Below, in pieces: positions 47,679 through 58,941 of a stretch of 64,000 nucleotides of DNA. A program made the translations under genes and the position numbers. Under the pieces are notes generated by a model. The model did no database searches. It was not told the origin of the DNA and worked only from the letters and a program-made list of their open reading frames with translations. The stretch is taken from contig JABAAT010000024.1 in NCBI GenBank assembly GCA_014238615.1, positions 23,802 to 87,801 on the forward strand, written 5' to 3'. This DNA is from Gammaproteobacteria bacterium (lineage in GTDB: Bacteria; Pseudomonadota; Gammaproteobacteria; Porifericomitales; Porifericomitaceae). Every line of letters starts with the position of its first letter. The first letter of the stretch is position 1.

Positions 47679-47826
47679 AACCCGCCGAGCCGCCGCGCCA
47701 CATCCCCCCTGTTGCTCATGCCGGACGCCCTGGGCGGCGCCACCATCAGCACCCAGGCGATCACCCGCGCCACGCGCACCGCCCTTGAGTTCTACGACCG
47801 GGAACGGGAAGTCCTGCTTTCACCCT
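47675..47826 (+). pseudogene. rnfG: rnfG remnant (internal deletion plus frameshift)
   Basis: TTG overlapping the rnfD stop gives about 12 codons; in the +1 frame, DALGGATISTQAITRATRTALEFYDREREVLL matches the RnfG C-terminus (D..[T/S]GATI..A...A...AL). Confidence 0.75.
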
Positions 47827-47954
47827 TAAGCAATCGCCCAAGTCATCGGCAAGACAACCGGAAAGTTGCTGGACAATCATCACGCTGCTGCTTCGCAAGC
47901 CCCCGGAGCAGAGCTACAAGAATCCCCCGGGAAGCGGGGGGTACGGGAGATACT

Positions 47955-48098
47955 GGCCGTTACGTAAAGTGTGGATGCTTTTTACCACAGGTTGGGCGTC
48001 TTCCTGGGGCAGCGCAGTAGGAAAGGCCGGTTTTGCACAGGCTTCCGGTAGGGCCCTGGCAACTGGACGACTTCGTTGGTTTTCCCAACGTAACGGCT
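47955..48098. mobile_element. MITE-like non-coding element B with terminal inverted repeats
   Basis: GGCCGTTACGT (47955-47965) ... AACGTAACGGCT (48087-48098); left end homologous to the inverted right end of element A. Confidence 0.4.
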
Positions 48099-48203
48099 GG
48101 CGGGAGATGATGCGGGAACCGGACGCCCGGGCCGAAGCGGCCATGGCGGCAACTTTTGTTAACCGGGTTCGGGCTCGCTTTCCGGGGCGGTCGGGGGTGA
48201 AAG

Positions 48204-49553
48204 TTATGGGGCGGGGCCCTCTTCGTTTGCCTGCCAGGCGATATCCCAGGCGGCTTCTTCGGACACTGCGGCAAATTCCTCCGCGACGGTCCTGCCAGAG
48301 ACTGCGGCCAGGCGGTCCCCCACGTAAAGCAGGGGCCATGTGTCTCTTTTCCAAGGCGGAACGCCCCACTCCTGCCAGAGTTTCTTCAGAAGGCGGGTGC
48401 AGTTGCGACCGACCGGGCGGATTTTCTCCCCCCCGCCACGGGTGCGTACTTCCAGGGAGTCTCCGGGGATTTTCCCCGCCGCCAGGCCCATTCCATGACA
48501 CCGCCGCGCCGTCAGAATGCCGCCCGGGAGCCTTAGCGCCTCGGGGAGCCGCCAGTGTCGTGTCTCTACCGTACACTCCAGGTGCTCCCGCACCAGGTAG
48601 AGCCGGTCGCGATAGCGGCGTAGCTCCTCGGCGCCCGATGCGCCGCCCAGTTTCAGGCGGGGGCTGCCGCCGGTGCCATGCAGGAGTTCCCTCAGGATGC
48701 GCCGGGTGGTTTGCGCCGTGGGCGCCGGGCAACCCTGCTCCCGTAACCAGTAATGCAGGAGATTGCGCAGGCGCTCCCCGGAGAGGGAGCGCAGCTTTTC
48801 GAGTGCCAGGCTCGTGGCATGCGGTGAGCGCGCGCTGTCCAGATCCCGCCTTGCCTGCTCGTCCAGCAGGGTCGCGGCCCAGGCCTGCAAGGTGCAGGCG
48901 CGGCGCAGGCTGGTGGAAACGCCAGGCCAGCGGGCACGCAACAAGGGCAGGACATGGTGCCGCAGGTAGTTGCGGTCAGCGCGTAGTTCGGCGTTGCTCT
49001 CATCCTCTATCCATTGGAGCTTGTGGCGCCCGGCGTAGCGCCGCAACTCGGCGCGCTCGTAGCCCAGTAGGGGACGCAACAGGCGGCCGAGGCCCAGGGG
49101 GCGAACAGCGCGCATGGCGGCCAGGCCGCGCGGGCCGGAGCCGCGCAGCAGGCGCAACAACAACGTCTCAACCTGGTCATCGGCGTGCTGGGCGCTGAGC
49201 AGCACATCATCGCTCCGGAGGACGGCGGCCATGGCCCGGTAGCGCTGATCGCGCGCCCAAGCCTCCAGGCTGACGCCGGGGGGCGGCGCGGTCTTCAGCT
49301 CGAAGACGGTCAGGGGAATCCGCATGGCATGACATTGCTCCCGGCAATGCGCGGCCCAGGCCGCGGCGTGGCGGCTCAGGCCGTGATTCACATGCAGGGC
49401 GCAGAGCTCCGGCAGGTGCTTACGCTGGACCGCCAGCGCGTGCAGCAGCACCGTGGAATCCATGCCGCCGCTGTACGCCGCCAAGCAACGGCCGCGTGGC
49501 TCGTGGGTTCTCAGGAAATCAAGCAGCTGCGCCGGGCTGAAGATCGGCGGCAA
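48204..49553 (-). CDS. tilS: tRNA(Ile)-lysidine synthetase
   Basis: AYSGGMDSTVLLHAL, HVNHGL, ARDQRY, QHADDQVETLL, RPLL, WIEDESN, RNYLRH; start approximate (TTG 49553). Confidence 0.96.
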   Translation of the reverse strand: MPPIFSPAQLLDFLRTHEPRGRCLAAYSGGMDSTVLLHALAVQRKHLPELCALHVNHGLSRHAAAWAAHCREQCHAMRIPLTVFELKTAPPPGVSLEAWARDQRYRAMAAVLRSDDVLLSAQHADDQVETLLLRLLRGSGPRGLAAMRAVRPLGLGRLLRPLLGYERAELRRYAGRHKLQWIEDESNAELRADRNYLRHHVLPLLRARWPGVSTSLRRACTLQAWAATLLDEQARRDLDSARSPHATSLALEKLRSLSGERLRNLLHYWLREQGCPAPTAQTTRRILRELLHGTGGSPRLKLGGASGAEELRRYRDRLYLVREHLECTVETRHWRLPEALRLPGGILTARRCHGMGLAAGKIPGDSLEVRTRGGGEKIRPVGRNCTRLLKKLWQEWGVPPWKRDTWPLLYVGDRLAAVSGRTVAEEFAAVSEEAAWDIAWQANEEGPAP

Positions 49554-49560
49554 CGGGTTC

Positions 49561-50523
49561 TCATCCCCCGAGGTGGGCCGCCGCCCGGCCGCCACGGGAC
49601 AACAGGCGCTCGCGGCGATTCCGGAGCAGGGTCTCCGGTTCCACCTTCTCCAGGGCCACCAATTGTTCTTCCAGGGCCTGGCCCAACTGCCCGATAGCGC
49701 CCTCCGGATCACGGTGGGCGCCGCCCAGGGGTTCCGGCACCACGATATCCACCAGACCCTGTTTCTGGAGTTGCACCGCCGTGAGGTGCAGGGATTTCGC
49801 GGCCTGCGGGGCTTTGTTGACGTCTTTCCACAGGATTTCAGCGCAACCCTCTGGAGAAATCACGGAGTAAACACCGTACTGCAGGATCAAGGTGCGGTCG
49901 GCGACACCGATGGCAAGCGCACCTCCGGAGCCGCCTTCACCGATGACGGTGGCAAGGACAGGAACAGGCAACTCGGACATAGCGCTGAGGTTTTCGGCAA
50001 TCGCGCAACTCTGATTGCGCTCTTCCGCCCCGATCCCGGGATAGGCGCCCGGCGTATCGATGAAGGTCAGCAGCGGCAGGGAAAAGCGCTCCGCCAGGCG
50101 CATGAGACGCAGCGCCTTGCGGTAGCCCTCGGGCTGTGGCATACCGAAATTACGTGCCATGTTCTCCCGGGTATCGCGGCCCTTCTGGTGTCCAATCACC
50201 ATGATCTCACGGCCCCGGAACCGGGCCGGCCCGCCGACAATGGCCGGGTCGTCGGCGTACATGCGGTCTCCGTGCAGTTCTACGAAGTTATCGCAGAGAC
50301 GATGGATGTAGTCCAGGCTGTGCGGGCGGCGCGCATGGCGCGCCACCTGCGTGATCTGCCACGGGGTCAGCAGGGAATACACCTTGCGGGTGTGTTCCCG
50401 GCAGCTTTTCTCCAGGCGCTTGATCTCCTCCCGCAGATCGATCTCGCTGCCCCCGACATTACGCAACTCCTCGATCTTGGCCTCAAGCTCGAGAATGGGT
50501 TCTTCAAAATCCAAGGATCGCAT
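49561..50523 (-). CDS. accA: Acetyl-CoA carboxylase carboxyltransferase alpha
   Basis: [43 protein letters not shown]. Confidence 0.97.
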   Translation of the reverse strand: MRSLDFEEPILELEAKIEELRNVGGSEIDLREEIKRLEKSCREHTRKVYSLLTPWQITQVARHARRPHSLDYIHRLCDNFVELHGDRMYADDPAIVGGPARFRGREIMVIGHQKGRDTRENMARNFGMPQPEGYRKALRLMRLAERFSLPLLTFIDTPGAYPGIGAEERNQSCAIAENLSAMSELPVPVLATVIGEGGSGGALAIGVADRTLILQYGVYSVISPEGCAEILWKDVNKAPQAAKSLHLTAVQLQKQGLVDIVVPEPLGGAHRDPEGAIGQLGQALEEQLVALEKVEPETLLRNRRERLLSRGGRAAAHLGG

Positions 50524-50584
50524 GGGGGGGAGTACTCCAGGGTGCGCGGGGATGGTCCGCCTTGTTCGTGGAAGGCCCCATAGT

Positions 50585-53500
50585 TTACACGCCCTCCAGC
50601 GCGGGACTGTCTTCGGGCGTGGCCGGGGTGACCGGCCTGGAGGACGCGGGCGTGGCTCCGGCGCTTCTCCCAGGGGAGCCGCGCTCGTAGCACAGGCGCA
50701 CCTGCTCTTCCCCCAGCAGCACGCGCAGCGGCGACAGCAATTCTTCGCTCACACGTATGCGCCAGGCTTCTCCCATGCGCAGGAGAGCACGGGCTCCGGG
50801 CCGACTGTAATCGATCTCCACGACCACGGGTCCCGGGCAATGCGGTTTCAGGATACCACGCAGATTCTCCAGGCACGGGTGCTCCGCTTCGCTCAACAGC
50901 AAACGCAGGCGGGCGTTGCTGTTGCGCACCTTGTCCAGGCCACACACCGTGGCGGCGCTGATGGAACATTCTCCTTCCAGGTACTCATCGCCGCGCGCCT
51001 CCCCCGAGACCACGAGCAGGCTGCCCTTCACCAGCAACTCGCGGTAGCATTGGTACTCTTTCGGATACAGGATCACCGGCATGCGAGTGGTGCCGTCGTC
51101 CAACTGCACCTCGGCCAGGCGGCCGCTGCGCGCGTTGCGCAGGACGACACGCTCCACCAGGCCGGCGACGGTGACCTTGCCGGGCCGCACGGCTTCCAGG
51201 CGCGAACTGATGAAGTTGGATAACTCGGCTTCGTAGCGACGGATCGGATGACCGCTGAGATATTGTCCCAGCACTTCCTGCTCGGCGCTCAGCCGCTTTG
51301 CTTCGGGCCATTCCGGGACCGGCTCCAGCCGTGCGCACAGGTTCGGCGCGGCGGACGCGCCGCCGAAAAGATCGGCCTGGCCGCTCAGCTGGTCGCGCTG
51401 CGCCTGTTCGGCGGCCTGCATGGCGCGTTTCAGATTGCTCTCCAGGGTGGCCCGTCCCGCGCCCAGATCGTCCATGGCCCCCGCCTTAATCAGTGCTTCC
51501 ATGGCCCGGCTGTTCAGTTTCCGTGCGGCGGCGGTGCGCCGGCAGAAATCCGGCAAATCGCGGAATCCGTCCGGCGGCTCCGAACGTGTCTTCAGGAAGC
51601 TTTGCACGGCCGCCTCGCCCAGGCCGCGGATCGCACCCAGGCCGTAGCGCACCGCTCCGGCCTCCACAGCCTGAAAATCGTATCCGGAATGGTTCACGCA
51701 GGGCGGCAACAACTTCAGATCGTGGCGCCGCAGGTCTCCGCAGAGGCGCATGATCCGATCGCTGTTGTCCATGTCGGTGGTGAGGGTGGCCGCAAAGAAG
51801 GCCGCCGGGTGGTTGGCCTTCAACCAGGCTGTCCAATAGGCGATGAGGGCGTAACCCACGGAATGCGCCTTGTTGAAGCCATAGCCCGCGAATTTTTCCA
51901 TCAGATCGAAGATGCGTTCGGCGAGCGAGGAACGCAGTCCTCCGCCCCTGGTCGCGCCGGATACGAAGGCATCGCGCTGCTGCATCATTTCTTCGGGTTT
52001 TTTCTTACCCATGGCGCGGCGCAGCAGGTCGGCCCCTCCCAGGCTGTAGCCGGCCAAATCGCGGGCGATACGCATGACCTGCTCCTGGTAGAGGATGACC
52101 CCGTAGGTTTCGCGCAGAATCGGTTCCAGTGCCTCGCACAGGTAGGTGATGCGGCGGCGGCCGTGGCGTCTTTCGATGAAATCCTCCACCATGCCGGACT
52201 GTAAGGGGCCGGGACGGAACAAAGCCACCAGGGCCACCAGGTCGTTGAAGCGCTCCGGCTGCAGGCGCCGGATGAGACGCTTGATGCCTTCAGATTCCAG
52301 TTGGAACACGCCGATGGTGCGGCCCTCCCGAATCAGCTGGTAGGTGGAATTATCGTCCAGCGGCAGCTCCTGGGGGTCGCGTGGCTGCGGCGCATCGCGC
52401 AGGGTCGCCTCGGCGGCCAGGGCGATCTGAATCACGGTGAGAGTTTTTAGACCGAGGAAATCGAACTTCACAAGGCCGCAGGCCTCGATATCATGCATAT
52501 CGAATTGGGTCACATGGGCGCCGGAGGCCTGTTCACAGTAGAGCGGCATGAACTCGCGGAGCGGGCGCGGCGCGATGACGATGCCGCCCGCGTGGCGGCC
52601 GGCGTTGCGCGGCGTGCCCTCGAGCTTCTCGGCCAGTTCCACGAGGGCGTGCACCTCCTTCTCCGCTTCGTAGCGCGCGCGCAGGCGCTCGGAATCGCGC
52701 AGGGCCTTCTTCAGGGTCATGTTCAGGTCCCCGGGAATGAGGCGCGCCAGCTGATCCACAAAGCCGTAGGTATAACCCAGCACACGCCCCACATCACGCA
52801 CCACGGCGCGCGCGTTCATGCTGCCGTAAGTGATGATCTGGGAAACCCGCTCTGCACCATAGCGCTCCGTCACGTGCTTGATCACCTCGTCCCGGCGCTG
52901 CATGCAGAAGTCCACGTCCAGGTCAGGCAGGGAAACACGTTCGGGATTCAGGAAGCGCTCAAAGAACAGACCATGCACGATAGGATCCAGGTCGGTGATA
53001 CCGAGCACGTAAGCCACCAGGGAAGCTCCGCCCGAGCCGCGCCCGGGGCCGACGCTGATGTTCTTGCTTTTAGCCCACTGCACGAAGTCTTCGACGATGA
53101 GGAAATAGCCGGCGTAACCCATCTCGGAGATCACCCGCAGTTCATGCTCCAATCTCTCCCGGTAGGTCTCCGGGCGCGGCGTGGGCGCGCCAGGAGCCGC
53201 CCGCCCGAGCCGCCGCTCCAAACCCTGTTCGGCCAGCACGCGCAGCTGTTGCTCCTGGGAAAGACCCCCCGACATCGGCACCTCGGGCAGGTGGGGGCGC
53301 CCCAGTTCCAACTCCAGGTTACAGCAGTCGGCCAGGGCCACGGTGTTCTGCAAAGCCTCAGGCAGGTCTTGAAACAACGCATGCATTTCCTTCGGACTGC
53401 GTAAGAACTGCTGTTCGCTGTAGGTGCGCGGGCGGCGCGGTTCATCCAGCAGCCAACCGTTATGGATACATACCCTGGCCTCGTGTGCCCTGAAATCCCC

Positions 53501-54118
53501 GCGCTTCAGGAAGCAACTGTCATTCGTCGCCACCAGGGGCACTTCATGGGCCGCGGCCAAGGCCACGACACCTTCCAGGTACTTGTCCTCGCACACGCGG
53601 TCGGTGCGCTGCAATTCCACGCAGTAACGTTCCGGGAACAGGCGGCGCCAGGCGTCCAGTTCACGGAGCGCGGCGGCCGCTCCCTCCTCCAACAGCACCC
53701 GACCAAGGGCGCCGTGGTGTCCCCCCGAGAGGGCGAAGAGCCCCTTACCGTGCTCCTTCAGCCAGTCCCGCCGCACCAGCGGGCCGGAGCGGCCACGGCC
53801 CTCCAGTTCGCCCCGGGTGAGCAGTGCGCAAAGATTGCGGTAACCTTCCTGGTTTTCACAAAGCAGCACCAACTCATCGCCGCCCGTCTCCCGGTCCGGC
53901 TCGCCGATGCGCAGTTCCGCGCCGAGGATAGGCTTGACCCCGGCGGCGCGTGCCGCGCCGTAGAACTTCACAGCGGAAAACATGTTGCCGCGCTCGGTGA
54001 GCGCCACGGATCGCATGCCGCCCTTGCGTACCTCCTCGACCAGGTTCGGCACGCTCATCAGACCGTCGGCCAGGGAATAATGGGAGTGCACGCGCAGATG
54101 CACGAAGTCCTGTTTCAC
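50585..54118 (-). CDS. dnaE: DNA polymerase III alpha subunit
   Basis: [62 protein letters not shown]; GTGA overlap with rnhB. Confidence 0.98.
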   Translation of the reverse strand: MKQDFVHLRVHSHYSLADGLMSVPNLVEEVRKGGMRSVALTERGNMFSAVKFYGAARAAGVKPILGAELRIGEPDRETGGDELVLLCENQEGYRNLCALLTRGELEGRGRSGPLVRRDWLKEHGKGLFALSGGHHGALGRVLLEEGAAAALRELDAWRRLFPERYCVELQRTDRVCEDKYLEGVVALAAAHEVPLVATNDSCFLKRGDFRAHEARVCIHNGWLLDEPRRPRTYSEQQFLRSPKEMHALFQDLPEALQNTVALADCCNLELELGRPHLPEVPMSGGLSQEQQLRVLAEQGLERRLGRAAPGAPTPRPETYRERLEHELRVISEMGYAGYFLIVEDFVQWAKSKNISVGPGRGSGGASLVAYVLGITDLDPIVHGLFFERFLNPERVSLPDLDVDFCMQRRDEVIKHVTERYGAERVSQIITYGSMNARAVVRDVGRVLGYTYGFVDQLARLIPGDLNMTLKKALRDSERLRARYEAEKEVHALVELAEKLEGTPRNAGRHAGGIVIAPRPLREFMPLYCEQASGAHVTQFDMHDIEACGLVKFDFLGLKTLTVIQIALAAEATLRDAPQPRDPQELPLDDNSTYQLIREGRTIGVFQLESEGIKRLIRRLQPERFNDLVALVALFRPGPLQSGMVEDFIERRHGRRRITYLCEALEPILRETYGVILYQEQVMRIARDLAGYSLGGADLLRRAMGKKKPEEMMQQRDAFVSGATRGGGLRSSLAERIFDLMEKFAGYGFNKAHSVGYALIAYWTAWLKANHPAAFFAATLTTDMDNSDRIMRLCGDLRRHDLKLLPPCVNHSGYDFQAVEAGAVRYGLGAIRGLGEAAVQSFLKTRSEPPDGFRDLPDFCRRTAAARKLNSRAMEALIKAGAMDDLGAGRATLESNLKRAMQAAEQAQRDQLSGQADLFGGASAAPNLCARLEPVPEWPEAKRLSAEQEVLGQYLSGHPIRRYEAELSNFISSRLEAVRPGKVTVAGLVERVVLRNARSGRLAEVQLDDGTTRMPVILYPKEYQCYRELLVKGSLLVVSGEARGDEYLEGECSISAATVCGLDKVRNSNARLRLLLSEAEHPCLENLRGILKPHCPGPVVVEIDYSRPGARALLRMGEAWRIRVSEELLSPLRVLLGEEQVRLCYERGSPGRSAGATPASSRPVTPATPEDSPALEGV

Positions 54119-54714
54119 AACAGCTCCCCCGCCAACAGGCGCCGCACCGGGGCAAAGCCGCGCCGGTGCTCGTGGCAGGGACCCAGGCGGCGCAGGCGGC
54201 CCAGGTGCGTGGCGGTACCGTAACCCTTGTGGCGTTCCAGGCCGTAGCCCGGATAGCGTTGCGCCAATTCGCACATGTACGCGTCGCGGGCCACCTTGGC
54301 GAGGATCGAGGCGGCGCTGATCATCTCCATGGAAGAGTCACCGCGCACCACCGCGCGGCTCGGGCAGGGCAACTTCGGGCACTGGAGGCCGTCGATGAAC
54401 GCCCGCTCCGGGAGCGGCCTGAGTTTGAGCACGGCGCGCCGCATGGCCAATAAGCTGGCGTGCAGGATATTGAGGCGCTCGATCTCCTCTACTCCGGCAC
54501 TGGCCACCGCCCAGGTGCAGGCGCGCTCCCGGATCAGCTCGGCCAGGCGCTCTCGGGCGGCGACGCTGAGCTGCTTGGAATCGCGCAACCCAGGCGGGCG
54601 GCACTCCGGATCCAAGACCACGGCGGCGGCGAAAACCGGGCCGCAAAGTGCTCCACGCCCGGCCTCGTCCACTCCGGCAAGACCCCGCCCGGGCGCTTCC
54701 ACGGCGGCCTTCAT
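54115..54714 (-). CDS. rnhB: Ribonuclease HII
   Basis: GVDEAGRG, DSKQL, ISAASILAKVARD, HKGYGT, HRRGF. Confidence 0.97.
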   Translation of the reverse strand: MKAAVEAPGRGLAGVDEAGRGALCGPVFAAAVVLDPECRPPGLRDSKQLSVAARERLAELIRERACTWAVASAGVEEIERLNILHASLLAMRRAVLKLRPLPERAFIDGLQCPKLPCPSRAVVRGDSSMEMISAASILAKVARDAYMCELAQRYPGYGLERHKGYGTATHLGRLRRLGPCHEHRRGFAPVRRLLAGELL

Positions 54715-55856
54715 GCGCATGGGGAATCCAGCAGGGCCAGCAGCAGGCGCGCCGCGCGCCGCGGACCGCCGCCACGCAGGCTGTGCCGCAGCGACAGAAA
54801 TTCCATGCGCAGGCGCCTGGTTGCGGCCTCGTCCTCCAGCCAACGCAGGAGGGCCGCACCCATGCGCTCGGGACGCATCTCATGTTGGATGAACTCAGGC
54901 ACCAATTCCCGGCCGGCAAGCAGGTTGGGCAGTGCGATGTGACGCAGGCGCCGCAGTTCGGTCCAGTGCGCCAACAGGTAATTAAAGCCGGAGATGCGGT
55001 AAGCCACGACCATGGGACGTCCCAGCAACAACGCCTCCAAGGTCGCCGTACCGGAAGCGATCAGCAGCACGTCGGCGGCGCGCATCAGCTCCAGGCTCTG
55101 CCCCTGGTGCAGGCTCAGAGACAACTCCGGTGGTGTCCGCGCCCGGCAGTACTCCAGTTGCTCCGGCTCCAGGGGCGCGGCGGCGAGGCGCAAGCCGGGC
55201 AAGCGCTCCCGGCACCAGCGGGCGGTCTCCAGGAAAAGCCGCCAATGCCGTCGTAGCTCCCCCGCGCGGCTGCCAGGTAACAGGCCGAGCAACGGACCGT
55301 CGGCCGCCAGGCCGAGCCGCGCACGCGCGGCCGCCGCATTCGCCTCCCCGGAAAGAGACTCGGCCAGCGGGTGTCCCACGTACTCCACCCTGAGCGGCAC
55401 GCCCCGGTAACAGGCCGCCTCGAAGGGAAACAGGCTCAAAAGCAGTTCCACGGCGCGGGCCACCTGGCGCACCCGGCCCGAACGCCAAGCCCAGACACTG
55501 GGGCTGACGTACTGCACCGTGCGCATGCCCGCGCCGCGCAGGCGGTGCGCCAGCGGCAGGTTGAAGTCCGGCGCGTCCACGCCGATGAAGAAGTCCGGTG
55601 GCTGCGCCAGGAACCGGCGGCGCAGGGCGCGCCGTAGGCTCAGGATCCCCGGGAGACGCACCAGGGCTTCCCCGACTCCGTGCACGCTGAGACGCTCCAG
55701 AGGCCAGAGTATCCGGCAGCCGGCTTCCCGCAGACAGGCGCCGCCCACGCCCTCCACCCGCAGTTCCCCCCCCACCTGCGCGGCCAGGGCGCGCACCAGG
55801 CCGGCCCCGAGGGCGTCCCCGGAAGCTTCCCCGGCGACTATCCCAACACGCAGCAC
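54711..55856 (-). CDS. lpxB: Lipid-A-disaccharide synthase
   Basis: IVAGEASGD, VDAPDFN, YVSPSVWAWR, VGHPL, LLPGSR, SGTATLE. Confidence 0.97.
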   Translation of the reverse strand: MLRVGIVAGEASGDALGAGLVRALAAQVGGELRVEGVGGACLREAGCRILWPLERLSVHGVGEALVRLPGILSLRRALRRRFLAQPPDFFIGVDAPDFNLPLAHRLRGAGMRTVQYVSPSVWAWRSGRVRQVARAVELLLSLFPFEAACYRGVPLRVEYVGHPLAESLSGEANAAAARARLGLAADGPLLGLLPGSRAGELRRHWRLFLETARWCRERLPGLRLAAAPLEPEQLEYCRARTPPELSLSLHQGQSLELMRAADVLLIASGTATLEALLLGRPMVVAYRISGFNYLLAHWTELRRLRHIALPNLLAGRELVPEFIQHEMRPERMGAALLRWLEDEAATRRLRMEFLSLRHSLRGGGPRRAARLLLALLDSPCA

Positions 55857-55871
55857 CCCTCGGTGCTCCGT

Positions 55872-56645
55872 TCAGCGCACGATGCCGAGCTTGGAAGAAA
55901 GGAGAAAATCGACCATGCGGCCGATTTCCGGTGCTTCCCCGGCCAGTTCCTGCAACTGCTTCACAGCCTGCTCCAGGCGCAACCCGCGGCGGTAGATCAG
56001 CCGGTAGGCTTCCTTCAGGCGCGCCTGGGTCGCGGCTGACACACCGTAACGCTCCAGCCCCACCTGGTTCAGTCCGGCCGGCTTCGCCAGGTTGCCAAAC
56101 ACCAACACGTAGGGCGGTACATCCCGATTCACCATGGCCGCGGCGCTCACGAAACAGTGCGCGCCCAGGCGGCTAAACTGGCGCACCCCGGCGAAACCGC
56201 CCAGAACGACGTGATCCTCCACCGTCACGTGGCCGGCCAGGGATGCGCAATTAGCGAACACCGCATGGTTGCCGATGAGGCAGTCGTGCGCGATGTGCAC
56301 GTTGGCCATGAACCAGTTGTCGTCACCGATGTGCGTGCTGCCGCCGCCCGCCTCAGTGCCGCGATTGAAGTTGCAATATTCGCGGATGACGTTGCGCGTG
56401 CCGATTTCCAGCAGCGAGCGGGTGCCGGGCCGGTATTTCTTGTCCTGCGGATCGCCGCCCAGGGAGCAGAAGGGGTGGATGTGGTTATCGGGGCCGATGC
56501 GGCAGGGTCCCTGTATCACCACTTGGGGCCCGACCCGGGTGCCGGTTTCGATCTCCACATCCGGGCCGATCACGCTGCCCGCCCCCACCGCCACTCCCTC
56601 GGCGAGGCGGGCCCTGGGATCGATCCTGGCCGTCGGGTCAATCAC
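55872..56645 (-). CDS. lpxA: UDP-N-acetylglucosamine acyltransferase
   Basis: Hexapeptide repeats, PQDKKY, IREY..RGT, HIAHDC, LAGHV. Confidence 0.97.
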   Translation of the reverse strand: MIDPTARIDPRARLAEGVAVGAGSVIGPDVEIETGTRVGPQVVIQGPCRIGPDNHIHPFCSLGGDPQDKKYRPGTRSLLEIGTRNVIREYCNFNRGTEAGGGSTHIGDDNWFMANVHIAHDCLIGNHAVFANCASLAGHVTVEDHVVLGGFAGVRQFSRLGAHCFVSAAAMVNRDVPPYVLVFGNLAKPAGLNQVGLERYGVSAATQARLKEAYRLIYRRGLRLEQAVKQLQELAGEAPEIGRMVDFLLSSKLGIVR

Positions 56646-57150
56646 GGGCTGCGACCGGCGACCCGGAGGCGGGCATGACGGTCATGAAGTCGGCGTCCGC
56701 GACTCGCTTGCCGTCCACCTCGGCGCGCGCCGACATCAAGTAGAAAGTGCCGCGCACCCGGCGGTAGCACGCGTGGATGCGCAACTGGTCGCCGGGAACC
56801 ACCGGGCGGCGGAAACGCGCCTTATCCACTCCGGCCAGGTAAAACAGCCGCGTTTCTTCCTCAGTACCTTGGGCGCGCAGGGTCTGCGCCATCAGGATGC
56901 CGCAGGCCTGGGCCATGGCCTCCAGCAACAGCACCCCGGGCATCACCGGTTTACCGGGGAAATGACCGGGGAAAAAAGGTTCGTTGATGGTGACGTTCTT
57001 GATCGCCTCCAGGTATTCCCCGACCCGCAATTCCAGGATCCGGTCCAGCAGCAGGAAAGGATAGCGGTGCGGCAACAGCTTCTGGATCGCCTCGATATCC
57101 AGCGCTGTATCAGAAGACCGGGTCGGCTTCGGAAGCAGCGGCGCGGACAT
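56638..57150 (-). CDS. fabZ: 3-hydroxyacyl-ACP dehydratase
   Basis: [39 protein letters not shown]. Confidence 0.97.
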   Translation of the reverse strand: MSAPLLPKPTRSSDTALDIEAIQKLLPHRYPFLLLDRILELRVGEYLEAIKNVTINEPFFPGHFPGKPVMPGVLLLEAMAQACGILMAQTLRAQGTEEETRLFYLAGVDKARFRRPVVPGDQLRIHACYRRVRGTFYLMSARAEVDGKRVADADFMTVMPASGSPVAARD

Positions 57151-57154
57151 CCGG

Positions 57155-58243
57155 CTAGCTCCCATCTTCCCGCGGCACGGCGAGGTCAAAAGCATCGGAA
57201 GCGTCGGAGGACTCCGCAGCGTCCCCGGAAGACTCGGGGTCGCTCCGCGCCCGACGCCGCCGGGTGGCTTCCTCGTCCAGGCGTCGGAAACGCATCATGT
57301 TGCGCCGCCAGCGACGCGCTTCATCGTGCGGGAAAGCGGAAGCGTAAACCCCGGTGCGACGGATGGAACCGGATACCGACGTCATGCCGGCCAGCACCAC
57401 GTCGTCGGCGATGCTCAGGTGACCACTGATGGCGCATTTTCCCCCGATGCGGCAGCGCCGACCGATGCGCACGCTGCCAGCGACGGCCACACAGCCGGCA
57501 ATAATGGTATGGGCCCCAATCTGCACGCTATGTCCGATCTGCACCTGGTTGTCGATCTTCACCCCTTCCTCAAGCACGGTATCTCCCAGGGCGCCCCGAT
57601 CCACGGTGCTGTTCGCCCCGATTTCCACCCAATCACCGATACACACCCCGCCCACCTGGCGGATCTTACACCAGGCACCGGCCTCCGGGGCGAAACCAAA
57701 GCCGTCGGCTCCCAGCACCACGCCGGAGTGCAGGACCACGCCGCACCCAACGCGGACGCCGTCATAAAGCACCACACCGGCCTCCAGGCGGCTCCCGGCA
57801 CCGATCTCGGCATTCCCGCCGAGCACGCAGTTCGGGCCCAGGAAGACCCCCGGACCCACCCGAACCCCGGCGCCGAGGACGCAACCCGGACCGATTTCCG
57901 CCTCAGAATCCACTTGGGCCGTGTCGTCCAGTACGGCACCGGGGTGGATACCGGGTCGGATCGAGGACGGTGGATAGAACAACGCGCTGGCACGCGCATA
58001 GCACAGGTAGGGATCCGCGCAAACCAAGGCGTCCACCGGGCAACGCTGCCGATCGGCCCGTCGCAGCAGCACCGCGCCGGCCCGGGTGTCGCTCAGGAAA
58101 CGCGCGTAGCCGGGCCGGTCAAGAAAGCTTAAGTGCTCCGGGCCGGCGTCTTTCAGGGCAGCCAGGCCGACGAGGCAACGCTCCGGGTCGCCTTCCAACT
58201 CGGCTTCCAGAGACACCGCCAACTCTTTCAATCGCAGGCGCAA
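57155..58243 (-). CDS. lpxD: UDP-3-O-acylglucosamine N-acyltransferase
   Basis: [32 protein letters not shown]. Confidence 0.97.
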   Translation of the reverse strand: MRLRLKELAVSLEAELEGDPERCLVGLAALKDAGPEHLSFLDRPGYARFLSDTRAGAVLLRRADRQRCPVDALVCADPYLCYARASALFYPPSSIRPGIHPGAVLDDTAQVDSEAEIGPGCVLGAGVRVGPGVFLGPNCVLGGNAEIGAGSRLEAGVVLYDGVRVGCGVVLHSGVVLGADGFGFAPEAGAWCKIRQVGGVCIGDWVEIGANSTVDRGALGDTVLEEGVKIDNQVQIGHSVQIGAHTIIAGCVAVAGSVRIGRRCRIGGKCAISGHLSIADDVVLAGMTSVSGSIRRTGVYASAFPHDEARRWRRNMMRFRRLDEEATRRRRARSDPESSGDAAESSDASDAFDLAVPREDGS

Positions 58244-58331
58244 GACCCAATTTCCATCAGAAATTCCCGGGGGATTTGCCTAAATGATTTTCCAGGTCAT
58301 TTCCGGGGCGCGCGCGCCCTCCTCATCCGTG

Positions 58332-58868
58332 TCAATTGGCTTCCTGCAGGCTCTTCAGACGTTCAATGACCTGATCGGTGATGTCAAGCGCGGGGGCGGC
58401 GTAGAGATAACCTTCGCCCAGCACCAGGCCGTAGTCCCCTGACTTGGCCTCACTCCGGATCACCTGGATGATCACTTTCTGGATGCGGGCGAACTCCTCG
58501 TTGCGCCTGAAGGTCAATTCATCGCGCAGCCTGTCTCCCAGGCTTTTCACTTCGCGGCGGCGACGCAGGATATCCAGGCGCAAGCTACTCAACTCCGCCT
58601 CGCTCAGCACGTCATCCTCCTTTTCCAGCTTCTCCTCCAGTTCCAGCAGATTGCTCTGCTTGTCCTGCAATTCCTGGTCCCCGGGGGAAAATTCCTGTTC
58701 CAGCTGCTCTCGGGCCACGCGCGCCTGGGGAGACTGTTCAAGGACGCGAACCACATCGACGATCGCGATCTTTAGATCGCTCGCCTGAGCCTGCGCCACG
58801 CGAAACGGCGACTGAATGGCACACAGTCCGAAAGCACACAGTATCGCGAAAAAAGATTTTCGGCTCAT
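58332..58868 (-). CDS. skp: Periplasmic chaperone Skp/OmpH
   Basis: Signal peptide, KIAIVD, coiled coil, DITDQVI; position between bamA and lpxD. Confidence 0.92.
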   Translation of the reverse strand: MSRKSFFAILCAFGLCAIQSPFRVAQAQASDLKIAIVDVVRVLEQSPQARVAREQLEQEFSPGDQELQDKQSNLLELEEKLEKEDDVLSEAELSSLRLDILRRRREVKSLGDRLRDELTFRRNEEFARIQKVIIQVIRSEAKSGDYGLVLGEGYLYAAPALDITDQVIERLKSLQEAN

Positions 58869-58941
58869 ATTCATCATCTCACTGGTTAGCCAGGGGTTCC
58901 CGGGACGCGCGGTGGAGCCGCGCCGTCTTTTGCCCTGTCCG

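Noticed and set aside
47816-47825. GCTTTCACCC as an inverted partner of GGGTGAAAG at 48195
   Set aside because: It falls within the rnfG-remnant coding frame (LLSP) and is only 9-10 bp; probably coincidental.
44220-47970. TTACGTTAAGT / TTACGTAAAGT as dif/pdif sites or Tn3 IR ends
   Set aside because: No XerC arm (..GCATAA) 6 bp away, and no GGGG start 38 bp from ACGTTAAG; kept only as part of the repeat finding.
50585-54118. Possible intein in DnaE
   Set aside because: Length (about 1177 aa) and motifs are continuous; no intein signatures.
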